The notes under the pieces were generated by a model, which was not told where the DNA came from, did no database searches, and was given only the letters and a program-made list of their open reading frames with translations. Position numbers and translations under genes: made by a program. Below are positions 53,843-63,303 of a stretch of 64,000 bases of DNA, in pieces (position 1 is the first letter of the stretch; each line of letters starts with the position of its first letter). The stretch comes from Candidatus Latescibacterota bacterium (GTDB lineage Bacteria; Latescibacterota; UBA2968; UBA8231). The DNA lies in contig CBDFJF010000002.1 of the NCBI GenBank assembly GCA_965248265.1, forward strand, positions 2,513,214-2,577,213. Direction: 5' to 3'.

Positions 53843-54571
53843 CTACGGACCGCCAGTCGGGTAGTCGACGTAGCTGAACGTGAATACGGCCGCTGGTATA
53901 CCAGACTCGATCAGTTCGACGTGGTAGATACCCGGGCCCAGGACCAGAGACTCGAACACCGCCTGCGCATCCTCCTGCATGGAATGCCAGATTACCGGCG
54001 GCGGCTCGCTCGGAGGATCGGTCTCCTCGATGATCTGGAACTCATTTGCCATGGTCTCGAGGTCACCACCGGTCACTTCCAGGTGGAAGCAACCACCTTC
54101 CCGGGCTTCGGGGAGGGAGATGGCCATGGCGGTCGGGCCCGTCGCAATCGAGATGCTGAACTCCACGTGATTGCCGATGAAGTCGCCACAAGGCGCACCC
54201 GGCTCACCTTCTGGCGGCTCGCCCTCGGGGGGTGGCTCGCCTTCGGGGGGAGGCTCCATGGGCTCCATGGGCGGGATGTGCACCCAGGCCACCCAGGCTC
54301 GCACTTCCTCATAGCTCAATCCGCCGCTGCCGTCGCTATCCATCATCGGGAAGGTTATCCCGAGGAGCCAGTCTTTGGCTGCCTCAGGGTCCATGGGGGG
54401 TTCGCCCACATCCTCAGGTGGTTCGGGTGGAGGTTCCCCTTCCCCGGGCGGTGGCGGCATGAGCGTTATCTGCGGCATGTCCTCCGGGGGCGGGCCTTCG
54501 TGCATGTCGGCTAGCAGCTGCCCGGTCATCAGCATCAATGCCCCTGCTGCGAGAATGATCTTCTTCATCAT
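53843..54571 (-). CDS. Secreted Pro/Glu-rich protein with one EF-hand calcium-binding loop
   Basis: 242 aa. Signal peptide MMKKIILAAGALMLMTGQLLA, PPPE/EGEPP repeats, the canonical 12-residue EF loop DSDGSGGLSYEE, and a C-terminal beta-rich domain. Confidence 0.7.
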   Translation of the reverse strand: MMKKIILAAGALMLMTGQLLADMHEGPPPEDMPQITLMPPPPGEGEPPPEPPEDVGEPPMDPEAAKDWLLGITFPMMDSDGSGGLSYEEVRAWVAWVHIPPMEPMEPPPEGEPPPEGEPPEGEPGAPCGDFIGNHVEFSISIATGPTAMAISLPEAREGGCFHLEVTGGDLETMANEFQIIEETDPPSEPPPVIWHSMQEDAQAVFESLVLGPGIYHVELIESGIPAAVFTFSYVDYPTGGP

Positions 54572-54757
54572 TGGCTCCTTGTAAAGGGGTTTAGGGTCGT
54601 GGATCTCCGGAATATCCCTCCCGTGCCGGATCCTTATTCAACCCTGATATGCGCTAACATAGGGCAGTTTCGACGATTTAGCGGTGCGAAAAATCACATT
54701 TCTGAAGCGAGATACCTTCGGCCAATTCGTGAGAGAATCCTCCTCGCACCCCCGGGG

Positions 54758-56383
54758 CTATTTCGGCTGCATCCAGACTTCCACTTCGTCGATGACGATC
54801 TCCCCGGCGGCCTGAGGGTCCCCGCTTGTCAGCGTAATGCTCAGTCGGTTCTCTCCGTACAGCATCGCCTCGGGGGGAACCGGGTACCATCGCACATCGG
54901 GTGGTTGGTTGATCATATAAGTGGCATCGGACGAGCCCAGCAACGCCGACGCCATGGTCACGCCATTGAGCTGCACTTCCACTTCGTCCCGTTCGGTCAG
55001 GCTGCCCCGCAACAGCAGTGTGGCCTGGATTACGTGATCCATGTCTTCGTACAGCCGGAACGGGTACACACCCGATGGCTTCGGGTCGCTGCGATCAAGG
55101 ACGACCCGAAGCGCCTCGGGCGCTCCGGTCTTCCAGCCATCCGGTCCGGAGTTCGCCTCCCGCTGCCAAGCCACCTGCTTCCACTTGTTCTCAGCCAGAT
55201 CTCCCCCGGCCAGTCCCCCCCAGTTTTCCTCTGTGGGGTCGAAGACATAGTGCCGCTCGCCGCTTGCCACCTTCTGCGGGTCGCGCAGCTCGTGGAATAT
55301 CTGCAAGGCCTGCGGATAGAACGGGGGAAAGCGCAAGTAGCCGACGTAGTGGTTGTAAATGGAGATCCCGTCGGCGCCTGCTCCATAGAAGGTATGGGCC
55401 AGCGCCCTGCAGTTAGACGGAGTCATCGTACTCTTCATTATCCGCCGTCTGCGGTCACTGATCCACGGGTGCAGTCCCGGATACAGCATGCATTGGCTGT
55501 CTCGGGTGAGGGCGCCGAATTCCGCGTAGCCGGCGTTGAAGTCGGAGTACATGGTGTTTTCCGGGCAGAGACAATCTATCAGACCCTCATCGATCCAGGT
55601 CGACACATCGAGTCCCTTGTCCAGACACTCATCGAGCGTGGAGAACACGCGGGCCCCCAAGGTCAACCGCCGGCCGTTGCTGCGCTCGTCCAGCAGGCCG
55701 CGCAGGCGCCGGACCAGATCGGTCATCAGGTGGGCGCGCTGCCTCCCCTCGGGAATCGGGAAGTAGGCCGGCTCCCGGAAGGTCAGTTCCATGCCATCGA
55801 TGTCGAAGCGGTTTAGTAGCTCCTCTGCTACTTCGATGACGAGCTCGCGCACTCCGTCGAAGGTGTAGTCGAGGATCCGTCCCTCATACAGATCCCGGTT
55901 GGGCCCGGGCTCACGCGTATCCGGCAGCCACCACTCCGGGTGTGAATCGACGAACTCGGCGCGGTCGGGGAAGTGAGCAAGTCCGTGGTTGTCGTTCATG
56001 CGAAACCCGGCCACGAATGCCATGCCGCGTTCGTGACTCTGGTCGAGAAGCACCTGCAGGGGTTGGATGCCCGCATCCAGCATGGGCAGAAACCGCTTGT
56101 GCTGCCGTCGCGGGTCGTACTGAAACTGGTCTGACCGCCAGTAGACCGTGCACCCCTTGTGATAGGCATCCTGCTGGAAGACGTCGACGCCACTGTCGGC
56201 GACCATATCCACCCACCGCCGAAGTTCGTCAGCCTCTGCCGGGTCGGACAGCAACCCGACGGCGATGCTGGACGGATCGCTCACAAAGTGGATACGCTGG
56301 GTGCCGCGTGGAGCGATCGGCACCTCGGCCTCGCCTGGCCTGTCTTGAGACGGATTCACGGAGCTCCTCCCTTTCGTATTCAT
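54758..56383 (-). CDS. TIM-barrel GH-like protein, family B paralog
   Basis: 541 aa. GMAFVAGFRMNDNHG, SHPEWWLPD…, LDYTFDGVRELVIEVAEELLNRFDIDGMELTF, and a C-terminal beta-sandwich (…EVEVQLNGV…ITLTSGD…IDEVEVWMQPK). Confidence 0.55.
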   Translation of the reverse strand: MNTKGRSSVNPSQDRPGEAEVPIAPRGTQRIHFVSDPSSIAVGLLSDPAEADELRRWVDMVADSGVDVFQQDAYHKGCTVYWRSDQFQYDPRRQHKRFLPMLDAGIQPLQVLLDQSHERGMAFVAGFRMNDNHGLAHFPDRAEFVDSHPEWWLPDTREPGPNRDLYEGRILDYTFDGVRELVIEVAEELLNRFDIDGMELTFREPAYFPIPEGRQRAHLMTDLVRRLRGLLDERSNGRRLTLGARVFSTLDECLDKGLDVSTWIDEGLIDCLCPENTMYSDFNAGYAEFGALTRDSQCMLYPGLHPWISDRRRRIMKSTMTPSNCRALAHTFYGAGADGISIYNHYVGYLRFPPFYPQALQIFHELRDPQKVASGERHYVFDPTEENWGGLAGGDLAENKWKQVAWQREANSGPDGWKTGAPEALRVVLDRSDPKPSGVYPFRLYEDMDHVIQATLLLRGSLTERDEVEVQLNGVTMASALLGSSDATYMINQPPDVRWYPVPPEAMLYGENRLSITLTSGDPQAAGEIVIDEVEVWMQPK

Positions 56384-56446
56384 GTGCGCCTACCCACCGG
56401 GCCTGAACGGCTGGCACCGATGCACACAGATGCGGCGCTTTGGCTT

Positions 56447-57982
56447 TCACCGTTGGAACATCAAATCCAGATTCTTCGATATGTACGTCAGAATGACCCC
56501 GCGACGCGGCTTCTCGTTCATCCACGGATAGGCGCCGTGCGTCTGTGCCGCCCCCATGAACAGAAGCACGTCTCCCGTCTCCATCTCTACGTGCCTCACC
56601 TCATCCATCTCCTCCTCGCACAGAGCCAGACGTTCCGGAATCGGATGGTTGGCCTTGTGACTCCCCGGGATGCAGACATAACCGCCGTCTCCGGCTTTGA
56701 CGTCGCACAGCTGCCATGTCGCGTTCACCTGCTCGCTGTAGCATCGGCCGTTCTGCAGTGCATACCGATTCCGGGGCGTTGCAGGTTCGGGCGTACTGTG
56801 AAGGAAAAGCCCTGACGTGCCCCTGTCGTAATGAATGCCTCGAGCCCGTCGCAAGTAATACCCGCTGCCCATCATCCAATTGAGCCGTTGAATCACCGCC
56901 GGATGCGCGATCATCTCGCGGAACGGATCGCAGTAGGGATGTGGTAGATCGAACAAGCCGTGGAGCGACGGCAGCGGTGTCCCGGCCAGACGCTTGGATC
57001 CGCGGGTCGCGTCGTTTTCATACTCCAGCCGATCCGAGAACCGGTCGATCGCCTCGTTCGCGGCCGTCACCCACGACTCGTCCATCAGGCCGCGAAGGAC
57101 GAGATAGCCGCACAGGTCCCAGAAGTAGAGCTCCTTCTCGTCGATTTCCGAATCGGGATCGCGGACATGGATTGATGGATGAAAGCCTTCCGCATCTTCT
57201 TCAATCGAGGTAGCCTTTCCATCCGATTTCACCACGGACCTGTTCGTGTCGATCGACAGAACAACACGCTGTTCGGGCGTCATCTCATCCACCCACGTCG
57301 CCTTCTCTCCCTCCTCGATCGCGTTATCCGATCGTCGCACCAATCCGCCGATGTAGCCGTAGCTCAGAAGACGCTTCGGTTCCGCTTTCCACGGTCGCAC
57401 GCCGTGAAGCAGGGTCTGGGCACACAGAAGCAGATCCCCCGCCCCGAGCGCCGGTTGTTCGACCAGCCCCATGTCGTCCGATCCGTCGCGAATATCGGCC
57501 GGCACGATGAGGTCGGACCGATGGCTACCCGGAATCAGGACGAATCCTCCGTCTCCTTCATTCACGTCCGACAGCGCCCAGATCACTAGAACGCCGTGGA
57601 GATATCGGGTTTTGTTGACGTGCTGGTATGCCCTTGACCAGTTTCGCGGCTCGTTCCCCCCGACCAGAGGTCGACACGCTACTTCCGGTCGCTGTTCAAT
57701 CAGCCGAGGCGGCGCATCCAGTCTGACGTCGCCCCAACACAGCTGATCGAGAATCTGCGTCAGGGCTGGATGATCCCGAAGCTTGACGAACGGATCGCGC
57801 CATGGTTCCTCCCATTCCAGCATCCCCACAGTTTCGGCCGTTTCGTCCAGTGCGCGGTTACAGGCGCCGACCTCTTCGGCGTTCAGCACGTTTCGCACGA
57901 TCAGGTAGCCTGCGACGTCGAGGCGATAGTCGTCTTCGTGGCTCATTGATTTCGAATCGATGGTCATCTCGCGGAACTGCAT
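56447..57982 (-). CDS. Tandem double PhyH-like domain protein
   Basis: 511 aa. Two collinear halves each carry a (V/C)AGYL(I/V)(V/L)R N-motif, a GDGG(F/Y)V(L/C)IPGSH(R/K) loop and a distal His (TLLHGVRPW; AQTHGAYPW). Confidence 0.75.
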   Translation of the reverse strand: MQFREMTIDSKSMSHEDDYRLDVAGYLIVRNVLNAEEVGACNRALDETAETVGMLEWEEPWRDPFVKLRDHPALTQILDQLCWGDVRLDAPPRLIEQRPEVACRPLVGGNEPRNWSRAYQHVNKTRYLHGVLVIWALSDVNEGDGGFVLIPGSHRSDLIVPADIRDGSDDMGLVEQPALGAGDLLLCAQTLLHGVRPWKAEPKRLLSYGYIGGLVRRSDNAIEEGEKATWVDEMTPEQRVVLSIDTNRSVVKSDGKATSIEEDAEGFHPSIHVRDPDSEIDEKELYFWDLCGYLVLRGLMDESWVTAANEAIDRFSDRLEYENDATRGSKRLAGTPLPSLHGLFDLPHPYCDPFREMIAHPAVIQRLNWMMGSGYYLRRARGIHYDRGTSGLFLHSTPEPATPRNRYALQNGRCYSEQVNATWQLCDVKAGDGGYVCIPGSHKANHPIPERLALCEEEMDEVRHVEMETGDVLLFMGAAQTHGAYPWMNEKPRRGVILTYISKNLDLMFQR

Positions 57983-59035
57983 CAGCCAGGCGGGCCTCCC
58001 GCGTGATAGACGACATCATCTCCGAACCGCTTTCTTCCCTTTGCTGCGGGCCCGACGATATCCAGTTGCCCCCTGCCCATTACGGCTTCGCGAGATCCAT
58101 CCCGCATAGGGTCTGCGTACCGCACGAACCAGGTTTCCAGATCCTCCTTCAGCCGTTCAACCACAAGCTGGTGTTTTGACTGATCGATGAGATTCTCCCG
58201 TTCATCAAGATCATGCACCAGATCGTAGAGTTCATGCGGGCCGTATGGATACCGATGGATATATTTCCAGGCGGCCGATCGAACCATACGCGTTGGCCCG
58301 TATTCGTCAAATACGACCACAGAATCATGGCCCTCCGAATCCCGTCCCTGCAGCAAGGGTGCGAAACTCCGTCCGGGAAGCGAATCAGCCTGAGAGTGCG
58401 CGATATCCAAGTAGTCGAGCAAGGTAGGCATGATGTCGTAAGGCTGTAAAGCGACTGGATGACCCGCCGCTGAGGTACATGCTCCGGATGGGAGATCAGT
58501 GTGGGCACTTTCACAGAGGTATCAAACATGTTGGGCGGGAACGTGCCATTGCCTTTTCCGTAGATGCCGTGCTCTGGTAGGCCTTGCCATCCCGAATCAT
58601 CGGCGCCTTGTAGTACGGTCCGCCACCGTTTGCGTGAACGTCCCAGAATGTGAAACCCTTTTGCGGTTTCTCCGAATAGCCTAAATGCCACTTTCCACTC
58701 AAGCCGCACACATAGCCTTGTTCGGCCAATAGATCAGTATAGGCGGTTTGACCATGCAGGTACTCGATGCCAGAATCACCCGGTCCGTAAACGCCTGAGT
58801 TACCGGCACGCAAGAAATCCTGAACCCCGTGCTGAGATGGAATGCGCCCGGTCAAAATAGAAGCACGAGCTGGCGAGCAAACCGGCGAGGCACAGAAAAA
58901 ATGCTCGAAACGTAAACCAGTCGCCGCCAGCCGATCGAGGTTAGGCGTGTGAATTTCTGCATTCCCCGCACAACCCATTGCCCAATAGCCCTGGTCGTCG
59001 GTCAGAATGAAAAGAAGATTGGGTGTTCGTGACAT
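57982..59035 (-). pseudogene. Decayed formylglycine-dependent sulfatase (two frameshifts, probable internal deletion)
   Basis: Three track ORFs in three frames cover one gene. 58511-59035 reads PNLLFILTDDQG…CSPARASILTGR…GKWHLG. The middle of 58149-58709 reads LPEHGIYGKGNGTFPPNMFDTSVKVPTLISHP. 57982-58431 reads MPTLLDYL…GRSF.PLL…LYDLV.D..E..NL. Frame breaks lie near 58570-58600 and 58436-58450. Total length is only about 350 codons against about 450-500 typical for the family. Confidence 0.8.
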
Positions 59036-59041
59036 GAAGTT

Positions 59042-60601
59042 TTACATGTACTTCACATGCACGTCTACGTGGTCGATGGTCAGGGGGACGCTGATTCGAC
59101 GATCTCGATTGATCAGGACGACCTTGACGATGTGCAACCCCTTGGCGAGCTGATCGGGTTCCAGGCCCCAGACCAGCCACTTGTTCTCCGACACCCTTGG
59201 GGGGGCATCGTCGTTTTCGGCCACGTCGACGATGGCCGGGGGGGCGAGGGCGTGGCCGTCGAGGCTGACCTCAACTTCGTCCTGTGGTGCCCAATGTGCG
59301 ATCTCGATGTGGAGTTGCAGCGCCGTGACGTCAGCTGCTAGTGCTACCACGTCGTCGTGCATGGAAAGCTTGAAGGTCGGACCATCCCCGGTGAGGGTCG
59401 GCATAAGCACCGCTGCCGTTTCACCGTAGATGCGATCGTTCACGGCGTTCGGCCCGACACCGTCGACGTAGGTCGGACCACGACGCAGCACCGAGTACAG
59501 TTTGTCCTTTTTTTCCAGCGTTTCCAGCGTTCCCATGCTCTTGAGCAGGGGGCTCCAGTCATCCTTCTTCGGGAACCAGTTGAAGCAGTAGACTCCATCC
59601 CCGCCCTGGTCGAGGTAGCTGGCGGCGGTGGCTCTGAAGAAACCGTCCCGCCACTGGGTGTAGGTGATCAACCGGGCACCATCCTGCCGGTAGGTGCTGT
59701 CGAAACCACCATACAGTCGGATGCCGGTGCCATCCGTGTGTCGCTTGAACTCGCTCACCTCGAAGCCCGGATCGGTGGCTGAGCCGCCGGCGCCGATGAT
59801 GATGTCACACAGGCCATCCACCGTCCATTGCGGAATGTCATAGCCGATGCGCCGGCACGATTCCAACGTCGTGGCCACGCGCACGGCGACATGGAAGGGG
59901 CGGCCCTTTTCGGTGGCGATGTCGTCGGCCATCTGCCGGAGGGCACGCTGCAGATCGGTGAGGGTGTAGCGCAATCGGTAGGCATCGAATTGGGGCAGGT
60001 GATGGGGGTGCCGCTGCCAATCGATCTCGACGCCATCCCAGTCAGCCTGGTCGCAGGCCTCGCGGATATAGGAGAGCTTGTGCTCGCGGACTCCCACGTT
60101 GGCCATGTTCCATGAGCCTACACCTCGTTGCTCGGGCACATCATCGACATCCAGGAGCCATTCGGGATGGTCCTGCCGCAGCCTGGTGCCTTTGTTGAGC
60201 TTCTTGAACTCGTGTGGGCGGGTGTTGTAGAAGTGGTTGTCATTCATCCGCATCGAGACGTACACGTGCATACCGAGCTCGTGTCCGCGCTCGACCATGC
60301 CCTGATACGGATTTTCTCCCTTTTCGAAGAGGTTCCACACATTCTCGTCGTGGCGCATGGCGCGGATTGAATTGTAAGTCCGGCCGCTGCTTTCCCCGGC
60401 GCGCTCGTTGTTCTGGGCGGGAAACAGCGCTGCGTGACTGCCGATGCTCCAGAACATGGCGTCGACCTGGGTGCCTTCGAGCGAGGCGAAGGTCTCGTCG
60501 ACGATCTGCTCCGTTGACTGCGGATGCTCGCCGTAGGCCAGGCTGTCACCGTCCCAGTTGAAGATGATCCTGTACCGTGGTGGCTGTGTTCTCTTGTTCA
60601 T
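59042..60601 (-). CDS. TIM-barrel glycoside-hydrolase-like protein (GHL10/DUF187-like), family B paralog
   Basis: 519 aa. YRIIFNWDGDSLAY…QVDAMFWSIG, GMHVYVSMRMNDNHFY, HPEWLLD…WNMANVGVREHKLSYIREACDQADWDGVEIDWQRH. Collinear with 27642-29210. Confidence 0.6.
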   Translation of the reverse strand: MNKRTQPPRYRIIFNWDGDSLAYGEHPQSTEQIVDETFASLEGTQVDAMFWSIGSHAALFPAQNNERAGESSGRTYNSIRAMRHDENVWNLFEKGENPYQGMVERGHELGMHVYVSMRMNDNHFYNTRPHEFKKLNKGTRLRQDHPEWLLDVDDVPEQRGVGSWNMANVGVREHKLSYIREACDQADWDGVEIDWQRHPHHLPQFDAYRLRYTLTDLQRALRQMADDIATEKGRPFHVAVRVATTLESCRRIGYDIPQWTVDGLCDIIIGAGGSATDPGFEVSEFKRHTDGTGIRLYGGFDSTYRQDGARLITYTQWRDGFFRATAASYLDQGGDGVYCFNWFPKKDDWSPLLKSMGTLETLEKKDKLYSVLRRGPTYVDGVGPNAVNDRIYGETAAVLMPTLTGDGPTFKLSMHDDVVALAADVTALQLHIEIAHWAPQDEVEVSLDGHALAPPAIVDVAENDDAPPRVSENKWLVWGLEPDQLAKGLHIVKVVLINRDRRISVPLTIDHVDVHVKYM

Positions 60602-61857
60602 GAAGCCTGGCCCTCCCAGACCGGTGGTTTGTCGAAATAGCTTTGATCACCGAAATAGCAATGCATGCCATACATGTCTTTGCTGCCCTGCTCCCAGACA
60701 ATGCCGGCTTCGGCATACGCCGTACCGGCCCCGTGAGATGGCGGGCTGTACTCTGGATGACTCAACTGGTCCGCCCGGTACCAGACCGCGCGATTTTCAA
60801 GCGAGCGGGCCCGGCGTTCGCCGTCGGGCACCCAGTGAACGACGCGTTTGTTCTCCAGTTGCTTGTCTACGCCGGGGCCGTGCTCGGTTACGGCGTGAAG
60901 CTCGGCAGGTGTGAGCTGCTGCAACTCTTTCGTTGACAGTGGTACTCCGTCGCGGATGAACATGGCATCGAAGTTGGGATCGACCATCGCCCACTTCTCG
61001 TGCTCCTGCGACCACCATTCCGCGGTGAAATGACCATCGGACTTGCCCAGCTTGCCGGCCCAGATGGCACAGCGGCCGGGGATGCCGATGGCCTGGACGG
61101 CGTTGGCGAAACTGACGCCGAAAAAGATGCAGTTTGCGATCGGACGCAGGCCGTTGTGGCCGATTTGATCAGGCGCCCAGGCCAGAATGGTTTCGGGATC
61201 CCAGGGAGTGCAGACGACACCCAGGTCAGGCCCCCAGGGGGTGTGTTCCCAACTGGAGCCGAGCCAGGTGGAAATGGCGCGCACACGCTGCAGAGTCGGT
61301 AGCGACTCATCAAGCGCCTGTGCCGGCAGGATCTCTCGTAATGATGCCAACCTCGGGTGCTCGGGATCATTGAAGACCATCTGCGGTGGGGCCGGATCCA
61401 CGCCCTCGGCCAGCCTGACGCGCACGACGTACTCGCCTCTGAACGTATTGAGGTAGCCCATGTGGTCGTTGCGCCAGGTGGTGCCGGCGTCATCGGTGAT
61501 GAAGCTGCGCGGATCGGCGTGGCCAGGCTCGATCGCCAGTGACCAGGCGTTCATCGGTTTGGCGTCGCACCACAAATCGATGGTGTTTTCACCCCCGATG
61601 AATAGGCCCGGCTCTATATCAACTGTATACCACCAGTGAAGAGGCAATTCGGGTGATACCGGGGCGATCTCTTTACCATTTACGGAGATGCGCAGGGGGA
61701 GCACGGAATCGGGCCAGGCCCGGGCCATGAAGTACAGCTTGGCGGCGGAAGTGGTGGCCTCGAGGTGGAGGGATTTGCGCGCGCGCCGGAAGGTCGTCAA
61801 CTCCTCGGCGAGCGTGGGAATGACGTGACCGCTCTCAGTGTGGTACAGCTTGCTCAT
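60598..61857 (-). CDS. Transglutaminase-like (Cys-His-Asp) superfamily protein with an N-terminal beta-sandwich
   Basis: Start at ATG 61857 (MSKLYHTESG…). The core ANCIFFGVSFANAVQAIGIPGRCAIWA…DGHFTAEWWSQEHEKWAMVDPNFD fits the transglutaminase-core pattern C..F….R..GIP.R…H.W.E.W….W..D. Confidence 0.65.
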   Translation of the reverse strand: MSKLYHTESGHVIPTLAEELTTFRRARKSLHLEATTSAAKLYFMARAWPDSVLPLRISVNGKEIAPVSPELPLHWWYTVDIEPGLFIGGENTIDLWCDAKPMNAWSLAIEPGHADPRSFITDDAGTTWRNDHMGYLNTFRGEYVVRVRLAEGVDPAPPQMVFNDPEHPRLASLREILPAQALDESLPTLQRVRAISTWLGSSWEHTPWGPDLGVVCTPWDPETILAWAPDQIGHNGLRPIANCIFFGVSFANAVQAIGIPGRCAIWAGKLGKSDGHFTAEWWSQEHEKWAMVDPNFDAMFIRDGVPLSTKELQQLTPAELHAVTEHGPGVDKQLENKRVVHWVPDGERRARSLENRAVWYRADQLSHPEYSPPSHGAGTAYAEAGIVWEQGSKDMYGMHCYFGDQSYFDKPPVWEGQAS

Positions 61858-61965
61858 GGTAGCTCCAGGTAACTGCGAGTTGTGAACGATATCGTCAGTG
61901 TTCCCGATTGTCAAAGAGTGACTCCCTGCGATCTCCGGTCCAGCAGCTTCCAAGGGCACCGGTAG

Positions 61966-62151
61966 GCGGCGCAGCGGGACAGGAAGGGAATGCCGGCAGA
62001 TCGACCAGTGGTGCAGGCAGGGTTCGGCTCGAAGGTCCGATATTCCCGAGAGAAAGCCTGCCGGCTTCTCGGCTACGAGCCCGAGGTCGAGTTCGCCGAG
62101 GAGATGAAGTTGACCGAAGCGTGGGCGCGGGCGTCAGGGCTCTTGCCCTGA
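61966..62151 (+). pseudogene. Orphan C-terminal remnant of an NAD-dependent epimerase/dehydratase (SDR) gene
   Basis: Own translation, too short for the track: …GMPADRPVVQAGFGSKVRYSREKACRLLGYEPEVEFAEEMKLTEAWARASGLLP*. It resembles the conserved epimerase tail (…D.SKA...LGW.P...L.EGL..T..W…). An in-frame TAG at 61963 removes everything upstream. Confidence 0.4.
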
Positions 62152-62244
62152 TCGGCCGGTGTGATGGCCAGATCTTGACCATGGTCTAACTCTGGTCTTA
62201 CTCTGGATTTTTTGGACTTGCCCAGTAGAGCAGGACTCAATCCG

Positions 62245-63303
62245 ATGAATCATTCACCGCCGTATCCCGAGGGTATCAAGATCGGGAATTTCTTCCCGCC
62301 CGAGCACTGCGGCGCTTCCGGGGGGTTGCTGTCTCTTACTACCGACGAGGAAGGGGCCGCTGAGGATTGGGCGTTCCTCCGTCACACCGGTGTCGAGTAC
62401 CTCTCCACATGGACGACCATCGACGGCTCCAGCTACGAGGCCATGCTACGGCACCGCCAGCAGGTGGAGGCCCAGGGCATCAAGGTCTACAACATCGGTA
62501 TCCTTGATCTACACTGCGACCCGACGATCGTGCTCGGGCTCAGAGGAGTTGACGAGAAGATCGACCAGTACCAGCAATACCTGCGAAATCTGGGCAAGGC
62601 CGGCATCCCCTATACCACCTACGCCCACATGGCGAATCTCAAAAACCAGGCCATCCCGGGTTATTATCAGACAGCCAACGTGCGTGACCGGGGTGGGGCA
62701 ACGACGCGCGAGTTCGACCTCGACGTTGCCAACCAGCTGCCGCTCTCGCAGGACAGGGATTACCCAGAAGATCACATCTGGGGCACTTTTACCGACTTCA
62801 TTCGCGCTGTGATGCCGGTGGCCGAGGAAGCGGGTGTCCGCATCGGCCTGCACCCCGACGATCCACCGGTCGCCTCGCTGGGGGGCATTGCGCGTTGCTT
62901 CCGTAATTTCCAGGCCTTCGAGCGGGCCATGGAGATTGCCGACAGCGATAACTTCGGTCTCTGCTTCTGTGCCGGAACCTGGGCAGAGGGCGGCCCGATG
63001 ATGGGGAAAGACGCGTTGGAAATGATCCGACACTACGGATTCCACAAGAAGATCTTCAAAGTGCATTTCCGCAATGTTGACCGCCCCTTACCGAAGTTTC
63101 AGGAGACCTTCATCGACAACGGATATCTCGACGCGTACCAGGTGATGCGGGCGCTTCGGGAAGTCGAATTTGATGGTATAATTGTCCCCGATCACGTCCC
63201 TGCCGGGGGCTATCCACAGGTGAACAACGCGTACACGATCGGTTATATGAAAGCCCTTCGCGATCGCGTCAATGAAGAGTTTGGGGAGGTGGGACCGCGA
63301 TGA
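62245..63303 (+). CDS. uxuA: D-mannonate dehydratase
   Basis: VMPVAEEAGVRIGLHPDDPP…GLCFCAGTW…KVHFRNV…PDHVP closely parallels E. coli UxuA ([20 protein letters not shown]…TMCTGSY…THLRST…RPDHG). ATG 62245 is preferred over the TTG at 62212 used by the track. Confidence 0.85.
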   Translation: MNHSPPYPEGIKIGNFFPPEHCGASGGLLSLTTDEEGAAEDWAFLRHTGVEYLSTWTTIDGSSYEAMLRHRQQVEAQGIKVYNIGILDLHCDPTIVLGLRGVDEKIDQYQQYLRNLGKAGIPYTTYAHMANLKNQAIPGYYQTANVRDRGGATTREFDLDVANQLPLSQDRDYPEDHIWGTFTDFIRAVMPVAEEAGVRIGLHPDDPPVASLGGIARCFRNFQAFERAMEIADSDNFGLCFCAGTWAEGGPMMGKDALEMIRHYGFHKKIFKVHFRNVDRPLPKFQETFIDNGYLDAYQVMRALREVEFDGIIVPDHVPAGGYPQVNNAYTIGYMKALRDRVNEEFGEVGPR

